64,000 bases of DNA from the NCBI GenBank assembly GCA_965207075.1, contig CBDBLO010000002.1, positions 1,120,001 through 1,184,000 of the forward strand, read 5' to 3'. A program made the position numbers and the translations under genes. How positions within the stretch are numbered: position 1 is the first letter of the stretch; each line of letters begins with the position of its first letter. The notes below the pieces were generated by a model. It was not told the DNA's origin and did not search any database. It saw only the letters and a list, made by a program, of their open reading frames with translations. The stretch is from Nitrosopumilus sp. (GTDB lineage Archaea > Thermoproteota > Nitrososphaeria > Nitrososphaerales > Nitrosopumilaceae). Positions 37,183 through 44,598 of this stretch are shown here, in pieces.

Positions 37183-37875
37183 TTACGGGAAGTTCATGGA
37201 GCCCGCCACGCTAGGGTGGGTGGGAGGTGCGGTTGCCCCCACCGCCCCCATGCGCTCCATCACGACGCCAGGTGCAGCGTGGATCTCGCCGCGTTCCAGC
37301 ACGACGTCGGCCTGCCTCCTGACAGCATCACAGGTGGATGCGTGTGCAACCTTCAGCCTGCACATCTTCATGAGTGAAAGGTCGTTTGCGCCGTCGACTA
37401 TGCAGGCCATGTGTTCCGGCGACGCGTCTGGCAGCGCCCTCCTTATGGCCGCCGCCTTATCCGCTCCTACGTTTATGCGGACGCCGTCAAGCCGGTCATG
37501 CTCGTCAAAGACGAGGTGGTTTGCCAGCACCATGTCAAGCCCCAGGGTTTGCCGGAGGGTGTCGGGGAACAGCATGGAGAAGCCGCCTGACACCACCACT
37601 ATTTGCCATCCCGCCTGCTTCATGGCGCGGCACATCTCGGTGATCCCTGGTGTCAGCGGCAGTTCTTTCGCAGTTTCCTCACACAGTTCGTACGGCGTGC
37701 CGCGCAGCGCGTTTATGCGGGCGCGCAGCCCGTCCTCCCAGTCTATCTTTCCCTGGAATCCCTCCCTGGTTATGCGGTCGACCTCCGCTCCCGCGGCCTT
37801 TGACCGCGCGGCAGCAAGCCTGGGCAGGTACTCGGCGTCAAACACCACGCCCTCTGCGTCAAGTATCAGGATCAT
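37183..37875 (-). CDS. serB: Phosphoserine phosphatase-like HAD hydrolase
   Basis: LILDAEGV.FDAEYL, IT..G.QG.I.W..GL..R, VVSGGF, ADK, IVDGANDL. Confidence 0.82.
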   Translation of the reverse strand: MILILDAEGVVFDAEYLPRLAAARSKAAGAEVDRITREGFQGKIDWEDGLRARINALRGTPYELCEETAKELPLTPGITEMCRAMKQAGWQIVVVSGGFSMLFPDTLRQTLGLDMVLANHLVFDEHDRLDGVRINVGADKAAAIRRALPDASPEHMACIVDGANDLSLMKMCRLKVAHASTCDAVRRQADVVLERGEIHAAPGVVMERMGAVGATAPPTHPSVAGSMNFP

Positions 37876-38045
37876 GCCGAACAGCATCCGCCCCTGTATA
37901 ATAACCAAGTCTCTGGCCGGTCATTCCGCGGAGTCAAACTTGCCGCAGCCCGACCGGCACACGCCGACCCTGCGGCCGCGGATCTCATAACAGTGACAGC
38001 TGTCCTTGCCGCACTTTTCGCACGGACATCGTACCCCCCCCTCGG

Positions 38046-38156
38046 TCAGTCCTCGACCTGCCCGTGGCACGTGTTGCATATCGTCTTGCCACCCGGGGTC
38101 TTGTACATCTCGCGGTCCAGGTCCGGGTCGCAAGTGCACTTTGTATCGTATCCCAT
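38046..38156 (-). CDS. 36-aa Cys microprotein (not in ORF track)
   Basis: MGYDTKCTCDPDLDREMYKTPGGKTICNTCHGQVED; TGATG coupling. Confidence 0.6.
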   Translation of the reverse strand: MGYDTKCTCDPDLDREMYKTPGGKTICNTCHGQVED

Positions 38157-38281
38157 CACGGCCACCCGGGGTCGTCCTTGTGCCAGGGTCCGTGCCCGTA
38201 GCGGCACTGGTACCAGCCCGGTCTGTCAGGAACCTCGCGGCACTCCTCGATGCCGTGCTTGCACACGCGGCAGATCAGCAT
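38156..38281 (-). CDS. 41-aa CxxC...CxxxH microprotein
   Basis: MLICRVCKHGIEECREVPDRPGWYQCRYGHGPWHKDDPGWP. Confidence 0.65.
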   Translation of the reverse strand: MLICRVCKHGIEECREVPDRPGWYQCRYGHGPWHKDDPGWP

Positions 38282-38442
38282 CACTTTTTCACCGTCCCGC
38301 ACTTCATGCACTTGTCTCCGTCGAACTGCGTCAAATCCTGACACTTGTTGCAGAACGTCCACTCGCTGTAGTAGTCGCCGGAGGAGTTCTTCTGAGTGGT
38401 CTCTGCCATCTCCCTCACCTTTTCATCCGCCCAGTCTGCCAT
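38281..38442 (-). CDS. 53-aa Zn-ribbon microprotein, copy 1
   Basis: MADWADEKVREM...FCNKC...FDGDKCMKCGTVKK; TTTTAT 22 nt upstream. Confidence 0.75.
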   Translation of the reverse strand: MADWADEKVREMAETTQKNSSGDYYSEWTFCNKCQDLTQFDGDKCMKCGTVKK

Positions 38443-38511
38443 CGCGCACACTGTACGCGGGAGCATAAAAGGCCGCCATGCAGCACGCGCAGGTCAGTCC
38501 CGGGCGTTCCA

Positions 38512-38553
38512 CTACGCTTCCACGCCGTGCTTGCACTCGCGGCATATCCTCAT
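38512..38553 (-). pseudogene. Truncated copy of the 38156-38281 gene
   Basis: MRICRECKHGVEA then stop, versus MLICRVCKHGIEE... Confidence 0.6.
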
Positions 38554-38684
38554 TTTTTCACCGTTCCGCATTTCGTGCACTTGTCGCCGTCGAACCGCAC
38601 CAGTGGTTCGTCGCAGTTGCCACAGTACCCGAACACGCCACCGCGGCTCATCTCCTTTGCCTTTTCCTCCGTCCAGTCTCCCAT
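38550..38684 (-). CDS. 44-aa Zn-ribbon microprotein, copy 2 (not in ORF track)
   Basis: MGDWTEEKAKEMSRGGVFGYCGNCDEPLVRFDGDKCTKCGTVKK; TTTTAT 22 nt upstream. Confidence 0.75.
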   Translation of the reverse strand: MGDWTEEKAKEMSRGGVFGYCGNCDEPLVRFDGDKCTKCGTVKK

Positions 38685-38748
38685 CAGGCGCACTGCACAC
38701 TGGAGCATAAAAGGCGGACTACGTGCAAGGCGGAATCATATACAAAAA

Positions 38749-38937
38749 TTAGACGTTGCCGACCGAACGCAGCCACCGTCTCAGTCTGGGCCTCAGGAAC
38801 TGTTCACCGAAACATTCTTCGCACCTGTATCTCGTGATCATTGGACACCATACCAACGGCACTGGATAGTGTCGCGTGTCCTTGCGGCAACCCGTACACT
38901 GTGCGATCCTATGACTTTCGTCCGTGGTACGGATCAT
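38749..38937 (-). CDS. Zn-ribbon microprotein
   Basis: CTGC..DT.H...YRCEEC. Confidence 0.55.
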   Translation of the reverse strand: MIRTTDESHRIAQCTGCRKDTRHYPVPLVWCPMITRYRCEECFGEQFLRPRLRRWLRSVGNV

Positions 38938-38956
38938 CCGCGAAGCATAAAAGAAG

Positions 38957-39622
38957 TCAGCCCGAGTCCATCCCGCTTATGACCGTTCCAGTCAGCACCC
39001 CGCCGACGAGCAGTCCCAGCCCGTACATGGCGAACTCCTTGCCGCTGTTGTCTGCACCGCCGCCGTAAAGAGCAAGCGCCGTCCGGGCGTACTTGTCGCG
39101 CTCCTCGCCGTAGTCGTATGGCGGCTCCGTACTGGACAGCAGTTTCTCTCCCTCGGTCGTCGCACGGACCACAGACGGCAACCCGCCCCCCCACCCGCCG
39201 TCCGAGGCGCCCATTATCTCGGCCGCCGCCTTGAAGAATTGTCTGTCCTCCTTCTTCGCCACCTTTGCCAGGTTGCCCGCGTACCTCTTTGCAGGCGGCG
39301 AGTCCAGGAACGCCTGCAGGCACTCTCTCTCGTCGAACGAAAGACTGCCGGCGTCCTCCACGCCCACCAGCCCGCGGCAGTACAGCCTGAGCGTTGACTT
39401 TGTCAGCCGCATGGTTCCCACGCCCAGCAGCGCAACCTGCTCATTGCGGTGGATCATTTCCAGCACCAGCCGATCGTCCCGGGTCAGTTCCCCCTCTGCA
39501 TGTTCCTCTCTGACGGACTCCACGTACTTCTCGTCCTCGGTCATGGGTGTCCCGTCGGAGCCGAGCCTCTGCAGGTAGTCTCGCTCATAGCGTGCTAACT
39601 CTGCGTCGCGTCCTTGTCCCAT
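38957..39622 (-). CDS. Hypothetical protein, wHTH-like with C-terminal TM
   Basis: ELTRDDRLVL...RLYCRGLV...TTEGEKLL; hydrophobic tail. Confidence 0.6.
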   Translation of the reverse strand: MGQGRDAELARYERDYLQRLGSDGTPMTEDEKYVESVREEHAEGELTRDDRLVLEMIHRNEQVALLGVGTMRLTKSTLRLYCRGLVGVEDAGSLSFDERECLQAFLDSPPAKRYAGNLAKVAKKEDRQFFKAAAEIMGASDGGWGGGLPSVVRATTEGEKLLSSTEPPYDYGEERDKYARTALALYGGGADNSGKEFAMYGLGLLVGGVLTGTVISGMDSG

Positions 39623-39700
39623 CACAATCCATCCCTGCAACCGAGTCGGTACACGATGCTAGGAGGCCAGTGTATTGTATGTGTGTTTTTCACCAATTCA

Positions 39701-39814
39701 TCATAGCATGGCATTGCCGTCGTTGTGCTTACTGGCGCACTCTGGACACAGGTCGTGCCCGCCGCGCGCCTGCGACTCGTTCAATTCCCTGCCGCGCTTT
39801 TGGCACTAGAACAT
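39701..39814 (-). pseudogene. Degenerate Zn-finger microgene
   Basis: ATG TTC TAG TGC CAA AAG CGC: in-frame stop at codon 3 and CQKR where CxxC is expected; LCPEC remains. Confidence 0.45.
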
Positions 39815-39827
39815 GCCAGCCGGTGCT

Positions 39828-39962
39828 CTAGGCCGGCCCCTGCCGCTCCTTGCCGCACTTTTTGCATTTCAGGTCGAGTGACATGCCGTGCCGCTCGGGG
39901 TGCTCGGCCAGTATATCGGCGTCCGTGCTGCCGCACCCGGGGCACTCGTTGCGCAGGCTCAT
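39828..39962 (-). CDS. 44-aa Zn-ribbon microprotein (not in ORF track)
   Basis: MSLRNECPGCGSTDADILAEHPERHGMSLDLKCKKCGKERQGPA, coupled to a 5-codon uORF behind TTTTAT (40001-40006). Confidence 0.65.
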   Translation of the reverse strand: MSLRNECPGCGSTDADILAEHPERHGMSLDLKCKKCGKERQGPA

Positions 39963-40127
39963 CAGAGTTCCACCGTCATGCCCGTATTGCGCCGACGCGA
40001 ATAAAAGGCAACGTCCTTACGGACGCGATGGGTGAGGGGCTCGGCCCGCGCGCCCAGTCCGGCTTCCGCCCACCGACACCCGTCTTCAGAGTGGCGTCGT
40101 CAAACCCGACTGACCCGTCGCGTCGCA

Positions 40128-40168
40128 TTATGCGTACCCATAGATATATACTTTTATGCGTACCCATA
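40128..40168. promoter_or_regulatory. Duplicated 15-bp quasi-palindromic operator TTATGCGTACCCATA
   Basis: Exact copies at 40128-40142 and 40154-40168 upstream of the AbrB-like gene. Confidence 0.75.
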
Positions 40169-40193
40169 AATACTACGCCACGTAACCCCATAC

Positions 40194-40391
40194 ATGACAC
40201 GGTGGAAGAAGGACGAGACGGTGTTCGTGGTCAGCGTGAGCTCGAACGGGCACACGAGGTCGTGCAGGCTGCCCAAGCCCGTACTCGAATTGCTGGGCGA
40301 CCCGGATACGGTGTCGTTCGTGGTTGACGGCGGGGACGTGCGCGTGGTGGCCGGAGGCAGGGACGCGCGGGAGAACGGGGGCGCGGAATGA
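40194..40391 (+). CDS. AbrB/MazE-like DNA-binding protein
   Basis: MTRWKKD..F.VSV...RLPKPVLELLG.PD.V.FVV.G..VRV. Confidence 0.7.
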   Translation: MTRWKKDETVFVVSVSSNGHTRSCRLPKPVLELLGDPDTVSFVVDGGDVRVVAGGRDARENGGAE

Positions 40392-41029
40392 TGGACTGGA
40401 CGAAGGCGGGCATCATCATGTCCGTAGGGCTGTGGGTTGCGGCGATACTCGTTGCGACCGGCTGGAACTTTTGGGCCGGTGTGGTCGTGTGGGTTGCGTC
40501 ACTGGCCGTGTTTTTGAAATACTACGATGCGCGCGCAAGGGCCAAAAAGGCCGAGAGGATGCGCGCTCTCGTGCGGTTCGGAGCAGAGAAGATGGACGGC
40601 ATGACCGGCGTGCAGTTCGAGCAGATGCTGGCGGCCGTGTTCACCGCGCTGGGGTACGGCGTGTCCACGACGCCGGCGTCCGGCGACTACGGGGCGGACC
40701 TCATCATGACCCGGGGCGGACAGAGGATCGCCGTGCAGGCCAAGCGGCTCTCGCAGAACGTCGGCAACAAGGCCGTGCAGGAGGCAGCCGCCGGCGCGCT
40801 GCACTACGGCGCGCACGAGGCGTGGGTCGTGACCAATTCCCGGTTCACGCGCGGCGCGGTCAAGCAGGCCGGGAGCGCCGGCGTGGTGCTGGTGGACCGG
40901 GACAAACTTGTGGAATACATCATATGCGCCAATGACGCGGCCGGTATGCTGGGCAGGCCCGACAGAGTGGCGTTTGTGGTGGATGACAAAGGAAAGGACA
41001 TACGCGTGGTGCGGGAGGCCGGATCATGA
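40388..41029 (+). CDS. Membrane-anchored Mrr-like restriction endonuclease
   Basis: Two N-terminal TMs; G.QFE, T..SGDYGADL, IAVQAKR, VGNKAVQE, VTNSRFT. Confidence 0.88.
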   Translation: MMDWTKAGIIMSVGLWVAAILVATGWNFWAGVVVWVASLAVFLKYYDARARAKKAERMRALVRFGAEKMDGMTGVQFEQMLAAVFTALGYGVSTTPASGDYGADLIMTRGGQRIAVQAKRLSQNVGNKAVQEAAAGALHYGAHEAWVVTNSRFTRGAVKQAGSAGVVLVDRDKLVEYIICANDAAGMLGRPDRVAFVVDDKGKDIRVVREAGS

Positions 41030-41346
41030 AGCTCTACCCGTCGTGCCTGGAGTGCGGCGGCGACATTGCCGAGCGCCCGGCCGGCGGCATCGCGGCATCG
41101 GACCTGCACATACACCCGTACCGTCCAGGCGGAGTCCCCCTCGGCCCTCGGCAGCGGGGACCACAAAGAGGCCGCCGCCCGATGGCCAAGTCCCCGTACG
41201 CCTGCAACAACTGCGGCCACCCGTCCTACATGCACGACGACAACTCCGAGGGCAAGAGGCATCCGGGACGGTGCCAAGGCGGACCGCGCATCTGGCCATG
41301 CTCATGCCGCTACCATGAACCGGGCCACGTGGAGGACGAGGACTGA
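41026..41346 (+). CDS. Cys/His finger protein
   Basis: CLECG..HIH; CNNCGH..MH...C...CSC..H; may start at 41182. Confidence 0.6.
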   Translation: MKLYPSCLECGGDIAERPAGGIAASDLHIHPYRPGGVPLGPRQRGPQRGRRPMAKSPYACNNCGHPSYMHDDNSEGKRHPGRCQGGPRIWPCSCRYHEPGHVEDED

Positions 41347-41488
41347 TGGGCTTCACGCGCCGCGATGGTTTATTGTGCTGCGACTTTGCGGCAAGACCCG
41401 GCGGGACGGCAAACCCGGCCCGTAGTACGTGAATAATACAGGTTGACAGGGACGTACTGATGAAGTTCATCGTGCTTGCGGGGTGCGG

Positions 41489-41671
41489 TTATTGGCAGTG
41501 CGTGCAGCCGCCGCACAGCCCGTCCTCGTACAAATAGTGGGGCGGGCAGGACCTGTCGCAGCCCGGGCACTTGGGGTCGGTGTCGTGGCAGGCGCCGCAT
41601 ATGAAGCCGCCCGGGACGGTGCGGTGCACCTCGCCGGTTATGGGCTGGCAGCATTTCTCGCAGTCTACCAT
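41489..41671 (-). CDS. 60-aa multi-CxxC microprotein
   Basis: Four CxxC pairs; TTTTAT 20 nt upstream. Confidence 0.7.
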   Translation of the reverse strand: MVDCEKCCQPITGEVHRTVPGGFICGACHDTDPKCPGCDRSCPPHYLYEDGLCGGCTHCQ

Positions 41672-41713
41672 ATCCGCAAGCGCCGGGGTTCATAAAAGGC
41701 TCCGTCCGGGCAT

Positions 41714-41899
41714 TCAGCCGCACACGCCGCCCACACTGCAACTTTTGCAGAACCCTCGGTTGCCGCCGCATATCGGCTTGCCGCACTCCATGCACTCGCC
41801 CTCGACACATATGCTGCACCTTTCCCGGCCGCACGCCTTGCACTTCACGCCCCCGGATTCAACCCCACACATCCCGCAGTAGCCGGGTCCCTCGCCCAT
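41714..41899 (-). CDS. 61-aa Cys/Gly-rich microprotein (metallothionein-like density)
   Basis: CGMC, CKAC, CSIC, CMEC, CKSC; TTAAA upstream. Confidence 0.7.
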   Translation of the reverse strand: MGEGPGYCGMCGVESGGVKCKACGRERCSICVEGECMECGKPICGGNRGFCKSCSVGGVCG

Positions 41900-41983
41900 G
41901 CCCCCTAAGCGGCGGAGCGCCTTTAAGGTGCGGCAATGCGCAGTCCCTGCAGGGCGTTTTTATCCAAACCGCCCATAAGTTGC

Positions 41984-42100
41984 ATGGGCGGGGAAATGGC
42001 GTGGTGCTACGAGTGTGGCGCGCGCGTGCCGATAAAGCTTGACGGCACGGAGCAGAAGTGTTCAAAGTGCGGCGCGCGGTTTACGAACATAATAGGCTGA
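41984..42100 (+). CDS. 38-aa Zn-ribbon microprotein (not in ORF track)
   Basis: MGGEMAWCYECGARVPIKLDGTEQKCSKCGARFTNIIG; TTTTTAT 20 nt upstream. Confidence 0.7.
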   Translation: MGGEMAWCYECGARVPIKLDGTEQKCSKCGARFTNIIG

Positions 42101-42112
42101 AAGGCGGGCGCT

Positions 42113-42162
42113 TCTTTTTATAGATTGGTTGAACCCGGTGTGCGCCTCTTTTTATAGATTGG
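42113..42162. repeat. 16-bp direct repeat TCTTTTTATAGATTGG x2
   Basis: 42113-42128 and 42147-42162, between convergent genes. Confidence 0.8.
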
Positions 42163-42238
42163 ACATGCGGTCCGGTACTCGCGGCTCACTGGCCTTGGTT
42201 CACGGGGCAGGCGTAAGGCATCATTTGTAGCGGCATGC

Positions 42239-43726
42239 CTACCGCACGGATACAAGCCAGTCCTTTATCAAGCGCGTGGCTTTGCAGTCGTCCTCGTTGT
42301 AGTCGATCACCATCTGCATGCCCTCGCGGTTTGCCTCTGGGTCGTCGGCATACATCAGGTACATGTCGATTGCCGACGTGGCGCCCACGTCTCCGCCGTG
42401 CCGCCACTCAAAGCCGAGCCACTTTGCTATGTCCTTTATGCCGTTGGTATATGTCGGAAATGCAAACGCCCCGGTGGCGACCTTGTGCAGATCCAGCATC
42501 ACGTCAGGTTCGAGCAGGCGGAGGTGCGACTCCATGCCGTGCTTCTCCATCAGGGAGCGCATGTGGGAACGCTCGTAGCTGTGCCAGTGGTATATCACAT
42601 AATCCGACTGCGAGTCCATGAAGTCAAGGAACTCCTTCAGCATGACATCTTCGCGTCTTCTCTCAGCGACAAACGAGTGGTATTTTTCTGAGCCGTCCTT
42701 CCGGACCAGCGCGCCTATCAGGTAGTCATTCAGCGTGTCGTCGAACACGACGTTAAGACCCTCCAAGTCGAGGAATATCTCAGTGGATCTCTCCGGCAAT
42801 ACAATGCCGCCCCCTACCTTCCGGACTGCCTTGCCGCCGCTTATGGCGCGGGCCGCATCCAGGTAATCAACTGACTTCTTCTGCCCCACGCCCCTGACCT
42901 TCTGCAGTGGGGCTGGCGATTCCATCGACGCGACGCTCCGCACCGTGCCGAACCCCGCCTCCACCATCCTGTCACGCATGCTCGCGCCTATGCCGGGTAT
43001 GAGCGACACGTCGTCGTTCTGTACGGCGGTCTCGTTGCAGAAATTGACCCACGGCGCCCCGCAGCCCCCGCGGACAGCGGGCGGCACAAGTTCGCCCCGT
43101 ATGATGCGCCCCGCCTGCTCCACGCACTCCGTCAGCACCCCCTCGTACTCGGCATACCGGTATTCCTTCGTGGACTGGTTCCCGTCCGTGATGCGGAAGC
43201 ATTCCGGCATGCGCCTCTGTATGTGTCCCAGCATCAGGGCGTAGAACGCGGCCTGCAGGATGTGCGGCTTCTTGATGTTTCTCGTCAGTTTGATCTCCCT
43301 GGCGACGTAGTGGTGGCCGCCTAACGCTGACCCGCCATCCTGCTTCTCAAGTATGTCGGGCTTTCCCATCATGCCCTCCGGAAGCCAGAACAGCGGGGGT
43401 TCTGCCAGTGCGCCGATGCCGCCGGCCATGGACCGGAGGGCCGTCATGAAGCCCTCTTCCAGCGTCTCGTAGCGCAATGGCTCCGTACCGGGATAGTCCG
43501 ATTCCAGAACGTCCGACTCGTGCTCCCTGCCCTTTGCGGAAAGCGCCTCGAGAAATGGGTCCGGCGGATCCTTCTTGGCGGGGTCCACATGGTACTTGCA
43601 GTACAATGAGAACGGCTCCTCACGGGCCGCGCCTGCCTCGGCTGCGGAAATGCGGAAACCCGTTTCATCCTTCATGCAGGCGTTGTAGATGTCCTGCACG
43701 TCCACCGTCCCGTCAAGATTGTGCAC
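42239..43726 (-). CDS. TM0106-family RecB-like nuclease with HhH and RNase H-like domain
   Basis: G..HE, GKPDIL...EIK..R...HILQAAFY, IPGIG, IFLDLE, IYHW..YE, LDL, GIK.IA..LGF.W, YNEDDC.AT. Confidence 0.9.
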   Translation of the reverse strand: MHNLDGTVDVQDIYNACMKDETGFRISAAEAGAAREEPFSLYCKYHVDPAKKDPPDPFLEALSAKGREHESDVLESDYPGTEPLRYETLEEGFMTALRSMAGGIGALAEPPLFWLPEGMMGKPDILEKQDGGSALGGHHYVAREIKLTRNIKKPHILQAAFYALMLGHIQRRMPECFRITDGNQSTKEYRYAEYEGVLTECVEQAGRIIRGELVPPAVRGGCGAPWVNFCNETAVQNDDVSLIPGIGASMRDRMVEAGFGTVRSVASMESPAPLQKVRGVGQKKSVDYLDAARAISGGKAVRKVGGGIVLPERSTEIFLDLEGLNVVFDDTLNDYLIGALVRKDGSEKYHSFVAERRREDVMLKEFLDFMDSQSDYVIYHWHSYERSHMRSLMEKHGMESHLRLLEPDVMLDLHKVATGAFAFPTYTNGIKDIAKWLGFEWRHGGDVGATSAIDMYLMYADDPEANREGMQMVIDYNEDDCKATRLIKDWLVSVR

Positions 43727-43948
43727 CAGTTACCGGCTGCATGGTCGTATAAAAACAAACATGACATGCCTCGCCCCAATACTGCCCCTTGGGATGATGG
43801 GGGTGGGTCGGCCCACTGCGACGGCAGTGAGACTCGCCTTCCCTGCCATACGCGCCGGCGGACCGCACAAAAGACATGCTGTGGCACAGGAATGATCCAT
43901 CACAGACAGACATCCGTCGGTAAAATGACGGCTCCCTGTCCCCCCTTG

Positions 43949-44278
43949 TTAGGGAATCTGCCACAAGTCAAGCATGAGCGAAGCAGTGGAACATACGGTC
44001 CCCACGACCGTGGCGACCGCCAGCCACGCCCACCGTTTTTTGATCCATCCCATTATGGGACCCGTCTCATATCCTACGACGGCGACGTCCGTCATGGGTA
44101 TTGTCGTTGATATGCACTTGTTGCAACGGTATGAGGACAAAAATTGCTCCTCCCTCAGCTTGGTCTGCCCGCAGTTCTTGCAGTGGTTCAGCCTGCAGTA
44201 TTTGACGCCCTCCGGGTACTTCCTGCCGCATAGGGAGCATGCATAGTACAATTTGAACGGCCACACCCATCGTTGCAA
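43949..44278 (-). CDS. Zn-finger protein with C-terminal TM
   Basis: CSLCG, CKNCG, CNKC and a hydrophobic tail; start uncertain. Confidence 0.5.
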   Translation of the reverse strand: MQRWVWPFKLYYACSLCGRKYPEGVKYCRLNHCKNCGQTKLREEQFLSSYRCNKCISTTIPMTDVAVVGYETGPIMGWIKKRWAWLAVATVVGTVCSTASLMLDLWQIP

Positions 44279-44598
44279 ATTAAACGTGCTGATCGCTCCG
44301 GCGGTTCTTCCCGGGTCATACGGGAGCGCGCCTGCCTATCGACATCTGTCGAGAGCAGGCAGCCTGAAAGACATGACGGCACTGGGGCCATTTTGTCCGT
44401 TCAAGTCTCACACGTCAGCCCACAGTCACTCTAGGCTGAAAGCGAAAATTCGGCCGTCCCCGGGGGGACGTCCAGGAGCGGGTCCAAGCATGAGGAACGC
44501 CTTTCCCACCCCGTTATGCGTGTGGGTGGCACATAAAAACAAAAATGTTTAGGTAACACCACCCCTGCATCACGTGCAGCTGGCCCACGACGCACGTT

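Noticed and set aside
37921-38049. Cys-rich frame CPCEKCG...CRSGCG with a G8 run as a phase-variable gene
   Set aside because: Probably another microgene, but there is no canonical start and no evidence of slippage.
39701-39814. Amber readthrough (pyrrolysine or recoding)
   Set aside because: A Cys ligand is also lost and TAG is used as a normal stop elsewhere; decay is simpler.
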